Positions 37,078-47,341 of a stretch of DNA of 64,000 bases are shown piece after piece. The notes below the pieces were generated by a model. It made no database searches, had not been told where the DNA came from, and worked only from the letters and a program-made list of their open reading frames with translations. The DNA lies in assembly GCA_045863335.1 (NCBI GenBank), contig BTVY01000007.1, positions 32,001 through 96,000 on the forward strand, in the 5' to 3' direction. The stretch's first letter is position 1. The number at the start of each line of letters is the position of its first letter. The position numbers and the translations under genes are program-made. This stretch comes from Candidatus Hydrogenedentota bacterium. Its GTDB lineage: Bacteria > Hydrogenedentota > Hydrogenedentia > Hydrogenedentales > SLHB01.

Positions 37078-38859
37078 ATGACGCGGGAAGAACTGCTGCG
37101 ATACGGCCGGACCTTGCGTCACCTCAAGGTCTCGCAAATCCTGTGGCGCGCGCGCTACGCGGCAGAGAAACGGCTCCCGATTCTCAAAGGCCAGGCTACC
37201 GTCCAGGCCCCTCCACAGTTTGACTCATCAACGATGGACCAGATTCGCACGGCGATGGGCGAATTGGCCTGGATCCTCCCGCCGAACGCGGACGCCGTTG
37301 ACGCGCTGTGCAGGAACGAGTTCACGTTTCTCAATCACACAGAACAATTTGGCCACGCGGTGGACTGGTCGGTCCCAGGTGCAAGCACGCTCTGGCGGTA
37401 TCATCTGCACTATTTCGGTTGGGGGCGTACCCTCGCTCTCGCCTATTTGCAGGAAAACCGGGAAGCGCTGCGCGCGCGGTTTCTGAGTCTCGCCGACGAT
37501 TGGATCGACAAGAATCCTCGGGGTTCCTCGCCCGGCTGGGACGCCTTCGTCATTTCCTCGCGATTGATGAACTGGGCGCAGGCGTTTTCGGTGTTTGCCG
37601 AAGCGTCCCCGCAGGTACTGGAAAGCGTTGCGAATCAGACTGGCTGGTTGCTTCGTCACCTGGAGAAGGACGTTCGCGCGAATCACCTGTTGAAGAATGC
37701 GCAGGCCCTGGTGATTGCGGGGGCCGTGCTCGGCGATCGCTACGGCGAACAAGCCACGCGGCGCGGATTGGAACTGCTCGCGCAGGAATTGGACGAGCAA
37801 ATCCTGGAGGACGGCGGGCACTACGAACGCAGCCTCATGTACCATTGCCAGGTGCTCGAAGATAACTTGTTCGTGCATGCCGCACTCGAAGACCCGCCAG
37901 CGAAGCTCACTTCCGTCATCGAAAAGATGTCCGGCTTTCTCGCGCGGATGCTGTACCGGGACGAAAGCATCCCGCAATTCGGTGACGCGAATCTCGACCT
38001 CGACGTTCCAGCGGAAGCACTCCTTCGTTTGACAAAGAAGCGCTTCCCAAATCTTGAATTGGAACGGCCCACTGGCTGCCGTGCCGAGGTAGCTTCCGGT
38101 TTCTATATCCTCGAAACTGCGGACGGCGAAGCGCGCATGACCGTCAAAGCGGGCAACCCCGGCCCGGCATATCAGCTCGGCCATGCGCACTGCGACATGC
38201 TGAGTTACGAGTTCTTCGCGGACGGCCGCAGACTGATCGTGGACTCCGGCGTCTTCAGTTATGACAACGATAAGTGGCGTGAGTACAGTCGCGGCACATC
38301 GGCCCACAACACCGTGCGCGTCAACGGCCGGGAACAACTCGAATGCTGGGACCGCTTTCGTGTTGGCCGACGATACAATTCCACCATTCGCGCGTGGACC
38401 GAACACGCCGGCGGTCAACTGCTGATCGCAAGTCACGATGGTTTCGCTCCGCACGAGTACCAGCGAATCGTTTATCTTGCCCCCGCTGGTTTTTGGCTGG
38501 TCGCGGATCGGGTGACCGGGCCGGAATCGTGCGACGTGGAAAGCTTCGTACATGCGCATCCCGAAGCGGGCGTCGAAGAGGGCTACGAGCAGTGGCGGAT
38601 CGAGTTCGGGAAAACCGTAGTGAAGCTCGTTCCGTTCGGCATGGACTGGGCCGAATTGGTCCAGGGCGCGGAATCGCCGGCTCAGGGTTGGTATTTTCCA
38701 CGCTTTGGCGAGGCGCGACCTGCCCCCAGCCTTGTGCTCCACCGACGGAATCCGTGCCCCGTCCTCTGTGGCTATGGTATCTTTTATGGTCCTCGAGATT
38801 TCGAATCGCCGGAGAGACTTCGCGCGCTGGCGGAGGAGTTGTTCGCACACCAACCATGA
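37078..38859 (+). CDS. Heparinase II/III-like protein (polysaccharide-locus associated)
   Basis: LWRYHLHYF, ANHL, DGGHYERSLMYH, GHAHCD, IVDSG, AHNTV. Confidence 0.88.
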   Translation: MTREELLRYGRTLRHLKVSQILWRARYAAEKRLPILKGQATVQAPPQFDSSTMDQIRTAMGELAWILPPNADAVDALCRNEFTFLNHTEQFGHAVDWSVPGASTLWRYHLHYFGWGRTLALAYLQENREALRARFLSLADDWIDKNPRGSSPGWDAFVISSRLMNWAQAFSVFAEASPQVLESVANQTGWLLRHLEKDVRANHLLKNAQALVIAGAVLGDRYGEQATRRGLELLAQELDEQILEDGGHYERSLMYHCQVLEDNLFVHAALEDPPAKLTSVIEKMSGFLARMLYRDESIPQFGDANLDLDVPAEALLRLTKKRFPNLELERPTGCRAEVASGFYILETADGEARMTVKAGNPGPAYQLGHAHCDMLSYEFFADGRRLIVDSGVFSYDNDKWREYSRGTSAHNTVRVNGREQLECWDRFRVGRRYNSTIRAWTEHAGGQLLIASHDGFAPHEYQRIVYLAPAGFWLVADRVTGPESCDVESFVHAHPEAGVEEGYEQWRIEFGKTVVKLVPFGMDWAELVQGAESPAQGWYFPRFGEARPAPSLVLHRRNPCPVLCGYGIFYGPRDFESPERLRALAEELFAHQP

Positions 38860-40097
38860 AAATCCTCCTGCTTACACAGTACTTCCCGCCGGAGTTCGGC
38901 GCGGCGGCGGCGCGCAACTCGGAGCATGCTCGGTTCTGGGCCGAGATGGGCCATGACGTCGAGGTCTGCACCGGGTTTCCCAACTACCCATCCGGCATCG
39001 TCCCCGGCGAGTATCGCGGCCGGCTCTATGCGCGCGAAAAACAAGACGGCTACGAAGTCATTCGCTCCTGGATCTACGCCACGCCCAACCGCTCGGTACT
39101 GAAGCGGGCGCTGGCGTCGCTGTCGTTTATGATCTCCGCATTGGTTTCCGGGCTGTTCCTGTGCCGCCGGCCTGACGTCGTCATCGCGTCCTCGGGGCCA
39201 TTCTTCGTAGGACCACTGGGGTACCTGCTGAGCCTGTTCAAGCGCGCGCCGCTGGTGTTTGAAGTGCGGGACATTCTGCCGCAACAAGCCGTCGACGTGG
39301 GCATGATCCGCAATCCGCTTCTCATCTGGACGCTGCAAACGATCGAGGAGTTCCTGTACCGCCGCGCGCGTTGCGTCGTGACGGTGGCGCAGGCTTCCAA
39401 GGAATCCATCGTGAGCCGTGGTTTCCCGGAGGAGAAGTTCGCCGTCATCGAGAACGGCATCCGCGAGGACCTGTTTGCTCCCGGTTCAAAGATGAATACG
39501 GTACGCGAAGAGTACGGCTGGAACGATACGTTCGTCGCCATGTATGTGGGCGCGCACGGCGTATCGCAGGGATTGTTCACGCTGCTTGAAGCCGCAGAAA
39601 GGCTGCGCGACCGCGACGATATCCACTTCGTTTTCATCGGCGACGGCGCTGACAAACCGAAAATGACCGCATGGGCGGAGCTGCACGAACTGACCAATGT
39701 GGAGTTCCTGCCGTTGCAGCCTAAGGAACGAATGCCCGGGTTGTATGCCGCCGCCGACGCGTGCTTTGTCCCGTTGCGCAAAGGTGAGTACTTCACCATC
39801 AACATCCCCTCGAAAATCTTCGAGATCATGGCCTGTGCGCGGCCCATCATCCTCGGTGCGACGGGCCAGGCGCTTCGCATCGTGGAATCGGCCGGCAGCG
39901 GTATTGCAGTGCCGCCGGAAGACGCAGCCGCCTATGCCGAAGCGGTTCTCAAGCTCCGCGACGATTCGTCCTTGGGCGAGCGGCTCGGCGCGAGCGGGCG
40001 CGCCTATGTGCTGGAGCATTTCACGCGACGTCAGAAAGCCCGCCAATACAGCGACGTGCTGGAAGCGACAATCGCTTCGGCGGGACAACGCAGATGA
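38856..40097 (+). CDS. GT4 glycosyltransferase (WbuB-like)
   Basis: MKILLLTQYFPPE, GFPNYPSG, FEVRD, YVGAHGVSQGL, PSKIFEIMA. Confidence 0.92.
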   Translation: MKILLLTQYFPPEFGAAAARNSEHARFWAEMGHDVEVCTGFPNYPSGIVPGEYRGRLYAREKQDGYEVIRSWIYATPNRSVLKRALASLSFMISALVSGLFLCRRPDVVIASSGPFFVGPLGYLLSLFKRAPLVFEVRDILPQQAVDVGMIRNPLLIWTLQTIEEFLYRRARCVVTVAQASKESIVSRGFPEEKFAVIENGIREDLFAPGSKMNTVREEYGWNDTFVAMYVGAHGVSQGLFTLLEAAERLRDRDDIHFVFIGDGADKPKMTAWAELHELTNVEFLPLQPKERMPGLYAAADACFVPLRKGEYFTINIPSKIFEIMACARPIILGATGQALRIVESAGSGIAVPPEDAAAYAEAVLKLRDDSSLGERLGASGRAYVLEHFTRRQKARQYSDVLEATIASAGQRR

Positions 40098-42949
40098 CGG
40101 ACGCGGATGCGAATCGCGATCCCGGCGTGCGCGCCATTCGTGTAGTTGCAGCAATCGGCGCCGCCGCGACGATTCTGGTTCTGTGGCCCGGCACCCATTC
40201 CCCGCCGCAGGATCCGAAGTATTTCCTCATCGGCATCCTGCCCCTGTTCTTGGGAATCGCGTGGCTTGTCGATCGGCTGCGGCGAAAAAGCGGCGTCATC
40301 GCGACTGGTCTACCGTTTTACTTCCTCGCAGGTTTTCTGCTCCTTCAATTCCTCGCGGCGCTCTTCTCGGAGCGGATGCCTATCAGCCTCGCAGCGTTTG
40401 CGCCTTTTTTCGCCCTCGGTCTCATTGCGTTTCTCGTCGCGCAGGGAGTCCGAACGACGAACCACGCGTGGACGATCTTCTGTTGGATTGCTGTCGCGGT
40501 CGCGCTGTCCAGCGTGTACGGTCTGGCCCAGAGAGCTGGGTGGGACCCGTTTCCCTGGGCCGCGCGCGATATCGAGGAGTATCGCGGTCTCCCCTCGACC
40601 TACGGAAACCCCAACATCGCGACCCACTGCCTGAACCTTGGGATTCTGATTCTTGCGGGATTGTCGTTTCGCCGTGGCACACGGTGGTGCGCGGTGCTCC
40701 TGGTGCCCATCGCCTTGCACCTCTACTTCACTGAAGTGCGAGCCGCCCGCGTCGCAGTACCCGCCGGCGCGGGAATTGTGTTGCTGGCGTGGATGTATCG
40801 CCGCGTCGCGGGGTCACCACAAAAGACGCTCGCCTGGACCTGCGCGACCGCCCTACTCGCCGCGCTGGCCGTGGGGTCGGCCGCCATGATCTACACAAAG
40901 TGGTCCACCGGCACCTATCTGCCAACGGGGCATTCCTTGCTCCTCCGCTACAACGGATACTACGGCGCATCCCAAATGATCGCCGATCGCCCACTGCTTG
41001 GCTTTGGACCCGGAACCTACCGGATCGAAAACGTTCCCTATTGGACTCCCTACGAGGAAACGACGTTTGCCACCGACAGCAGGTATAACGCGCGCGTTCA
41101 CAACGCCTACCTCGAATCTGCCGTGGAATCCGGGTTTGGCGGCGCGTTCTTCTACATCGGGTTTGTTGTGTCGCTGACACTTCTGAGTCTCGGCACCGCA
41201 CTCACTGCAACCGATCGCGACAAGCGCATATTGGGCTTCACGCTCGCAGCCTGTTTCAATGCCTTCGCAGTCGACGGCTTGTTTGGGTTCAATCTCCGCA
41301 GCCCCGCGTCAGCAACGATCTTCTTTATCCTGGCCGGGGTACTGGTTGGGTCGACTTTCAGGAAAGGCTCAAGTAGCACTGGTCAGTCGTCGCGCATGGC
41401 CGCCGCGCCCTTGGCATGTACCGGAGTAGCCCTTGTGCTCGCCGTCGTCGCCGGCGCGGTATTCGCGTCGCAGATCCTGCGACAGAAAGCCACCGCTGCC
41501 TACACGCTGGGCTATCCGCAGCAGGCCCTCGTCTTCCTGGGTCAGGCTCAGCGGATTTCACCGTGGGACACCGACATCCTCCGGCAGACGGCCGAAGTGA
41601 ACGCAACCATGGGCAGAACTCGCGACGCGATCGACTTGTACCAGGAGGCCCTGCGACTGAATCCCTACTGGGTGATGGACCATGTGAGCCTTGCGAGACA
41701 ATACTTCCAACTATCGGAATCGGGGAACGCGTCCTTCCTGCGTCAGGCGACAGAATCCGCCGAACGGGCCTTGGCGTTGTGTGCAACCTTGCCCGGCGCC
41801 CACGAACTGTTGGGACGGATTGCCTTGGCCCAATCGCTCGACCGCGCGGGTGACGGCCGGGATATCGAGGGCGCGGACGTCCGAGAAGCAGTCGACCACT
41901 TCCAGAAAGCCCTTCAGTATGGGGTTTCGGACCGCGAGCAGGTGCATCGTATGACCGCCCAAGCCCACCTCATTCTCGGCCAGATCGACGAGGCGGAACG
42001 GGCATATCAACGTGCTGCCGAGCTGACCAGCGGTACGGACATGACCTGGGCGCTTTTCGAGCAGTTCGCCCACGAAACCGGGCGTTGGACGGCGTTTTCA
42101 GATGCGCTGAACAACGCGATGGACCGCATCGAACGCGTCAATCCGGGAAATTGCACGGAGTTGGCCCGCATAACGTGGTGGCTATCCCACGCGTATGCAG
42201 ACGGCATGAAGGACCGCGCGCTTGCATCCCAAGTACTGGAGTCGGGAGTTCGCTCCTGCCCGCACGCGATCGATCTGTGGGGCGCATACGTGGATCTCCA
42301 CGACGCGGCGCGCGATCGGGTTCGCCTGAAGGCGGCAATGAACCGCTTGGATCAAGTGAAAGAAACGAACAGCAACACACCCAAATTGGTTTCGGATCTC
42401 ATCGCCTATCTCAACGCTCCCGATTGGAATGTCATGCAGCAGGTTGTTGATTTCCTCGATGATTTTCCGGTAGCCCTCCAAGCAAGTCCGACTGAAGACC
42501 CCGCGCGTGCCTACGGTTGGTTGTTCAGTGTGTATGGGTCCGATCTGGCTACCTCGAGCGGCCCGCCCGGAGAGCGCGGCGAATTGCTCGTGCAGTTGGG
42601 CCAGGCCGCGGCGGAGTTGGGCGCGTGGGTTCAGGCCAACGAGATCCTGGCATCGGCCCTCCCGCTGTTACCCAAAGGGCCGGATGTGGAATGCCTGTTG
42701 CTGCGCGTTGCGGTGCTCGAATCCATGGGCCGGTTCGATGAGGCCCAGAAGATCGCCGCCGACGCTGCGAATCGCGCGCGCAACGACTACCGGACCCAAC
42801 ACGCCTTGGCCCGGCAATCCGCGCTGAGCGGCCGCGCGGCCGAGGCGCGTTTGTCCTATCGATTACTCCTGACGCGTTTCGCGTTGGACCCTCCGACGCG
42901 GAATACAATCGAGCAGGAGATGAAGGCGCTTCTGGGAGACGGTCAATGA
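40094..42949 (+). CDS. O-antigen ligase/oligosaccharyltransferase-like membrane protein with a long TPR tail
   Basis: About 12 TM helices, STYGNPN, PLLGFGPGTY, RVHNAYLE (Wzy_C HN motif), followed by roughly 450 aa of helical repeats. Confidence 0.85.
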   Translation: MTDADANRDPGVRAIRVVAAIGAAATILVLWPGTHSPPQDPKYFLIGILPLFLGIAWLVDRLRRKSGVIATGLPFYFLAGFLLLQFLAALFSERMPISLAAFAPFFALGLIAFLVAQGVRTTNHAWTIFCWIAVAVALSSVYGLAQRAGWDPFPWAARDIEEYRGLPSTYGNPNIATHCLNLGILILAGLSFRRGTRWCAVLLVPIALHLYFTEVRAARVAVPAGAGIVLLAWMYRRVAGSPQKTLAWTCATALLAALAVGSAAMIYTKWSTGTYLPTGHSLLLRYNGYYGASQMIADRPLLGFGPGTYRIENVPYWTPYEETTFATDSRYNARVHNAYLESAVESGFGGAFFYIGFVVSLTLLSLGTALTATDRDKRILGFTLAACFNAFAVDGLFGFNLRSPASATIFFILAGVLVGSTFRKGSSSTGQSSRMAAAPLACTGVALVLAVVAGAVFASQILRQKATAAYTLGYPQQALVFLGQAQRISPWDTDILRQTAEVNATMGRTRDAIDLYQEALRLNPYWVMDHVSLARQYFQLSESGNASFLRQATESAERALALCATLPGAHELLGRIALAQSLDRAGDGRDIEGADVREAVDHFQKALQYGVSDREQVHRMTAQAHLILGQIDEAERAYQRAAELTSGTDMTWALFEQFAHETGRWTAFSDALNNAMDRIERVNPGNCTELARITWWLSHAYADGMKDRALASQVLESGVRSCPHAIDLWGAYVDLHDAARDRVRLKAAMNRLDQVKETNSNTPKLVSDLIAYLNAPDWNVMQQVVDFLDDFPVALQASPTEDPARAYGWLFSVYGSDLATSSGPPGERGELLVQLGQAAAELGAWVQANEILASALPLLPKGPDVECLLLRVAVLESMGRFDEAQKIAADAANRARNDYRTQHALARQSALSGRAAEARLSYRLLLTRFALDPPTRNTIEQEMKALLGDGQ

Positions 42950-43707
42950 GCGCATCGCCGGCAGAAACGCAGGTGACTGATGTGGATACGAAGCCGCCCT
43001 ATACACTGTTCGTGGTGGCCATCGCGGCCGCGTGCGCAGCCTTCACCGCCTTCGTATACGTGTACCCTCGCCTGGCGGGTCCAACTATCGCGCGGATGGA
43101 CCGCGCACTCGGATTGGAACAGTTCGAAAACGGGCAGCGTTTGCAGGCCGCGGGCGAGTACGCCAACGCCATACAAAGTTACCAGTTGGCGCTGGAAGGG
43201 CACTTCGAGGATCCCAAGTATCGCACCTTCACGTTGAAGGCGTTGGGGACGCTGCTCTGGTGGCGGGAAAGCGCCGAGGCGGCGCTACCGTATCTCGAAG
43301 AGGCCTACCAGAGTCCTCATGCCCCGCTCACGCTGTTCGATCCCTTGTGCGATTCGCTCCTACAGACCGGGCGAATTGAAGACATCCCTCCGGTTTGCGA
43401 GCGATGGTATCACGAGGCCGGACTCGAGAACGACGCGGAACAGCAGGCCCGTGCCGTGTACTACCTGGGAAAGGTCCAGCAAGAGCAGGGCGACGAGACC
43501 GGCGCTATGGCGCGGTTCTACCAGGGCGTCCTGCTACACCCCGGCGGGGACAATGCGTACGAATTGGGCCTCGCCTACTACAACGCGGGCGATAACAACC
43601 AGGCGCTAGTCTACCTGGAGCAATACCTGGAAAGCGGCTCCGGTGGCCGGGCGCAATACGCGCGTGAAGTTCGAGACCGAATTCTCGCCAAGCGCAGCGC
43701 CGAGTAA
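42946..43707 (+). CDS. Membrane-anchored TPR protein
   Basis: N-terminal TM helix and TPR motifs; ATGA overlap. Confidence 0.78.
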   Translation: MSASPAETQVTDVDTKPPYTLFVVAIAAACAAFTAFVYVYPRLAGPTIARMDRALGLEQFENGQRLQAAGEYANAIQSYQLALEGHFEDPKYRTFTLKALGTLLWWRESAEAALPYLEEAYQSPHAPLTLFDPLCDSLLQTGRIEDIPPVCERWYHEAGLENDAEQQARAVYYLGKVQQEQGDETGAMARFYQGVLLHPGGDNAYELGLAYYNAGDNNQALVYLEQYLESGSGGRAQYAREVRDRILAKRSAE

Positions 43708-43734
43708 GGTTCAGCCCGCAGGCGTCCACCTCTT

Positions 43735-44994
43735 CTACGTCCGGCCGGATCCCAACACGCGCACGATGAACCCAGCCTCGCGCCAGTCTTCATGATCGAG
43801 GAGATTTCGCGTGTCGAACAGGACCGGCTTCCGCATCAGACGGATCACTTGCCGGGGATTCAGATACTTGTAGTCGTTGTGATCGGTCAACAACAGCAGG
43901 CAATCGGCCCCGTCGAAACACGTCTCCAAGGGCAGGAGATCGATGTCCGCATTCTTCACGAAAGGATCGTGGACCGCGAGCGTGACGCCCCGATCTCCAA
44001 GCAGTTTAATCACGTCGAGCGACGGACTCTCCCGCATATCATCGACATTGCCTTTGAACGCAAGCCCAAGCACCGCCACCTTCGGCGATTCCACGCCTTC
44101 CAGAAATTCCATGGTCCGTTCGACGACATGGTGCGGCATGCCGTCGTTACGCTGCCGGGCGAGATGTACGATCTTGGCCGTATCGGGAAACTGCTCCACA
44201 AGAAACCAGGGGTCAACGGAGATGCAATGACCGCCGACGCCGGGGCCCGCCGTGTGGACGTTGACACGAGGATGCCGGTTCGCCAGCCGCGCCACGTCAC
44301 CGAAATCGATCCCCAGGGACTCACACAACAGCGCCACTTCGTTGGCAAGCGCGATATTGACATCGCGAAACGTGTTCTCGATGACCTTGACCATCTCCGC
44401 GGTGGTCACGTCCGTCAGGAAGATCTCGCCTTCAACAAAACTCGCATAGATGTCCCTCGCCAACTGGGCGGACAACGTATCGAATCCGCCGACGACGCGG
44501 TCGTTTTCGATCAATTCCTTGAGAATCTTGCCGGGCAACACGCGTTCCGGGCAGTGGGCGAGATAGATGTCCTTTCCCACTTCCAGGCCCGACTTCTCCA
44601 GGATAGGCTTGAGCATGTCGCGGCAGGTGCCGGGCGGCGACGTAGACTCGAGAATGACGAGGTTGCCCTTCTCCAGAAACGGCACGATACGCTCCGTGGC
44701 TTGGCAGACGTAGCTCATGTCCGCCTTCTTGTCGGCCGTGAGCGGCGTCGGTACCGCGAGGAAGAATACATCCGCCTTCTCGGGCTCGAGCGATGCGCGG
44801 AGGTTTCCCGAACCGATTGCCGCGCGCACGACCGTATGCAGTCCCGGTTCTTCGATATGAATGTTCCCCGCGTTCACGGTCTCCACGATGCGGGCGCCCA
44901 CGTCGACCCCCAACACCTGATACCCGTTCGTCGCCAGCACGCTTGCCGTCGGAAGGCCGATATACCCCAGTCCCATCACGCAGATACGTTTCAT
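43735..44994 (-). CDS. wecC: UDP-N-acetyl-D-mannosamine dehydrogenase
   Basis: GLGYIGLP, AVPTP, ESTSPPG, HCPERVLPG, ENTFRDVNIA, GPGVGGHCI, FKGNVDDMRESP. Confidence 0.92.
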   Translation of the reverse strand: MKRICVMGLGYIGLPTASVLATNGYQVLGVDVGARIVETVNAGNIHIEEPGLHTVVRAAIGSGNLRASLEPEKADVFFLAVPTPLTADKKADMSYVCQATERIVPFLEKGNLVILESTSPPGTCRDMLKPILEKSGLEVGKDIYLAHCPERVLPGKILKELIENDRVVGGFDTLSAQLARDIYASFVEGEIFLTDVTTAEMVKVIENTFRDVNIALANEVALLCESLGIDFGDVARLANRHPRVNVHTAGPGVGGHCISVDPWFLVEQFPDTAKIVHLARQRNDGMPHHVVERTMEFLEGVESPKVAVLGLAFKGNVDDMRESPSLDVIKLLGDRGVTLAVHDPFVKNADIDLLPLETCFDGADCLLLLTDHNDYKYLNPRQVIRLMRKPVLFDTRNLLDHEDWREAGFIVRVLGSGRT

Positions 44995-44998
44995 TGCG

Positions 44999-46105
44999 TC
45001 ATACTCCTACCGATTCCAGATGCCCCGCGATTCGTCGGCTGGCAAGGCCGTCGCCATAGGGATTCACCGCGTTCGCCATTCGCCGGTACGCGGGCGCGTC
45101 GTCCAATAGCCGTTGTACATTCTCTACGATCCCATGGTACGTATTGCCGACCAGCATCGCGGTACCGGCATCGACCGCTTCGGGACGTTCCGTCACTTCG
45201 CGCATGACAAGCACGGGTTTGCCAAGGGACGGAGCCTCCTCCTGTACTCCGCCCGAATCCGTGAGAACGAGATACGCCTTCTTGAGGATATGGACAAAGG
45301 GCAGGTAATCGAGGGGCTCGATGAGGTGAATGCGTTCTTCGCCCTTCAATATCTCGTCTACCGCCCGCCGCACGTTTGGATTCGGATGTACTGGATACAG
45401 GATCTCCACATCGTCGTTGGCATGCACCAGGTCGCGCATGGCCCGGCACATCTGGTCGAACCGCTCGCCGAAACTCTCTCTCCGGTGCGCCGTCACCAGG
45501 ATCAATCGCCGCTGCGTGCCCACGTCGGAAAGCAGGGGGTCGTCGAATGTGTACGGCCGCGCCGCCACATCGAGCAATGCGTCGATCACCGTGTTGCCCG
45601 TAACGACGATGTGCTTCTCCGGGATGCGTTCGCCGCGCAGGTGCGCCGCGGCCGTCTCGGTGGGCGCGTAGTGGTAGTCGGAAAGCGCATCACCCAGCCG
45701 CCGGTTGATCTCCTCCGGAAAGGGGCGGTACTTGTCGTAGGTACGCAGCCCCGCTTCCACGTGGCCAACACGAACGTTGTGGTAGTAGCTCGCGAGCGCC
45801 GTTGCGAAGGTCGTTGTCGTGTCGCCATGCACGAGGACGACATCCGGTTTGTCCGCCTCCAGAACCCGGCCCATCTCCAGAAGAACGCGGCTCGTGATGT
45901 CCGAGATCGTCTGGTTGGGCTGCATCAAATTGAGATCGCGATCCACGTGAATCTGGAACACGTCGATCACCTGATCGAGTAACTCGCGGTGCTGCGCGGT
46001 CAAACATACCCGCACGTCGAAACCAGAACGGCTCCGCAATTCGTTCACGACCGGCGCCATCTTGATGGCCTCCGGCCGCGTCCCCATGACGACCAAAACC
46101 TTCAT
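44999..46105 (-). CDS. wecB: UDP-N-acetylglucosamine 2-epimerase (non-hydrolysing)
   Basis: GTRPEAIKMAP, HGDTTT, HVEAGLR, PFPEE, TAHRRE, TDSGGVQEEAP, NPYGDG. Confidence 0.96.
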   Translation of the reverse strand: MKVLVVMGTRPEAIKMAPVVNELRSRSGFDVRVCLTAQHRELLDQVIDVFQIHVDRDLNLMQPNQTISDITSRVLLEMGRVLEADKPDVVLVHGDTTTTFATALASYYHNVRVGHVEAGLRTYDKYRPFPEEINRRLGDALSDYHYAPTETAAAHLRGERIPEKHIVVTGNTVIDALLDVAARPYTFDDPLLSDVGTQRRLILVTAHRRESFGERFDQMCRAMRDLVHANDDVEILYPVHPNPNVRRAVDEILKGEERIHLIEPLDYLPFVHILKKAYLVLTDSGGVQEEAPSLGKPVLVMREVTERPEAVDAGTAMLVGNTYHGIVENVQRLLDDAPAYRRMANAVNPYGDGLASRRIAGHLESVGV

Positions 46106-46311
46106 GAACCTCTCCGAACCCCAAGTTCTGCGATTACCCCGAAACGCGCGTCCAACGGCGCTGTTTGCGGAGGAACCGTGAGTATACTGAACAAAGGCCG
46201 CCGATGTGTACTCCTTCCAGCGCTGAGCTGAACAAAACCCGACAAGCCGCCCCATAGTATCCAGAGGGAGGCACGGGCAGAAGCGTTTATAGTCTCAGTA
46301 CTTGACGCAGG

Positions 46312-46349
46312 TTGACAAACATGAATTGCAAATGTTAAGCTAGCTAAAC
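46312..46349 (+). promoter_or_regulatory. Sigma70 promoter (TTGACA-18 nt-TAAGCT, extended -10) overlapped by the near-perfect palindrome GTTAAGCTAGCTAAAC
   Basis: Perfect -35 at 46312-46317; palindrome at 46334-46349 (14/16 self-complementary) in an AT-rich patch. Confidence 0.6.
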
Positions 46350-46391
46350 TATAGGTTCTTTTGCAGATAATTAGTTTTAGTTACACATAGG

Positions 46392-47330
46392 ATGTTCGTC
46401 ATGAGAAAAGGTTTCACGTTAATCGAGTTGCTGGTCGTCATCGCCATAATCGGCATTCTCGCCGCAATCCTTCTACCTGCACTGTCTCGCGCCCGGGAAG
46501 CGGCCCGGCGCGCTTCGTGCCAAAACAACCTCAAGCAAATCGGCCTGGTCCTGAAGATGTACGCCGGGGAGAGCGGGGGCGATTATCCCCGAATCGACCT
46601 GGACGACGAGTTTGGAGCGTCTGCCGTCCTTCCAGGCGAGGGTTGCGAAGGGGGCGACGACGGGTTGAACTTCATGTTCGAGTTTGCCGCAGTGTACCCA
46701 GAGTACCTAGCCGATACGAACGTGCTGGTCTGCCCTTCGGACCCCATGGCGGGTAGCGGCGCAGCCCTGGAGATCGTGCGCGACGCGGGCGGTCATATCT
46801 GCCCGTGGGTCAATTACGCCAGCACGCCGCATCAGAGCTATTTGTACCACGGATTCCTCATGGACCAAGTGGAAGCGGACGATCCAATGGCCACCATGCC
46901 GACGCCCATGGGCCCTGCCACCGGGCCAGGACAACTCTTCTTTATCGCGACGAATCTGTTGGCGTACCGCGACTACGACCCAACCAACGACGGGGAAATC
47001 GACCGGGACATCTCAGCGCCGCCGATGATGGCCGGCCTGGGGTTTGGCAATGGCGGCAGCGACACGATCTACCGGTTGCGCGAAGGCATCGAGCGGTTTC
47101 TCATCACGGACATCAACAATCCCGCCGGATCCAACCGGGCTCAATCGGAGATCGTAACGGTGTGGGACGTGGTCAGCGCCGATCCATCCGGGGGCGCGGA
47201 GTTCAACCACATTCCCGGCGGTGCCAATACGCTATTCCTGGACGGGCATGTGGAGTTCGTGCGGTATCCCGGTGCGTTTCCGTCCCACGCGTCCGCCGCG
47301 CGCATCGTGGCAATGATGTACACACAATAA
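46392..47330 (+). CDS. DUF1559 family prepilin-type protein with H-X9-DG motif
   Basis: [66 protein letters not shown]. Confidence 0.92.
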   Translation: MFVMRKGFTLIELLVVIAIIGILAAILLPALSRAREAARRASCQNNLKQIGLVLKMYAGESGGDYPRIDLDDEFGASAVLPGEGCEGGDDGLNFMFEFAAVYPEYLADTNVLVCPSDPMAGSGAALEIVRDAGGHICPWVNYASTPHQSYLYHGFLMDQVEADDPMATMPTPMGPATGPGQLFFIATNLLAYRDYDPTNDGEIDRDISAPPMMAGLGFGNGGSDTIYRLREGIERFLITDINNPAGSNRAQSEIVTVWDVVSADPSGGAEFNHIPGGANTLFLDGHVEFVRYPGAFPSHASAARIVAMMYTQ

Positions 47331-47341
47331 GGAGATCCCCA

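Noticed and set aside
37078-38859. Heparin-degradation locus
   Set aside because: No signal peptide, and embedded among biosynthetic genes, as is usual for this subfamily.
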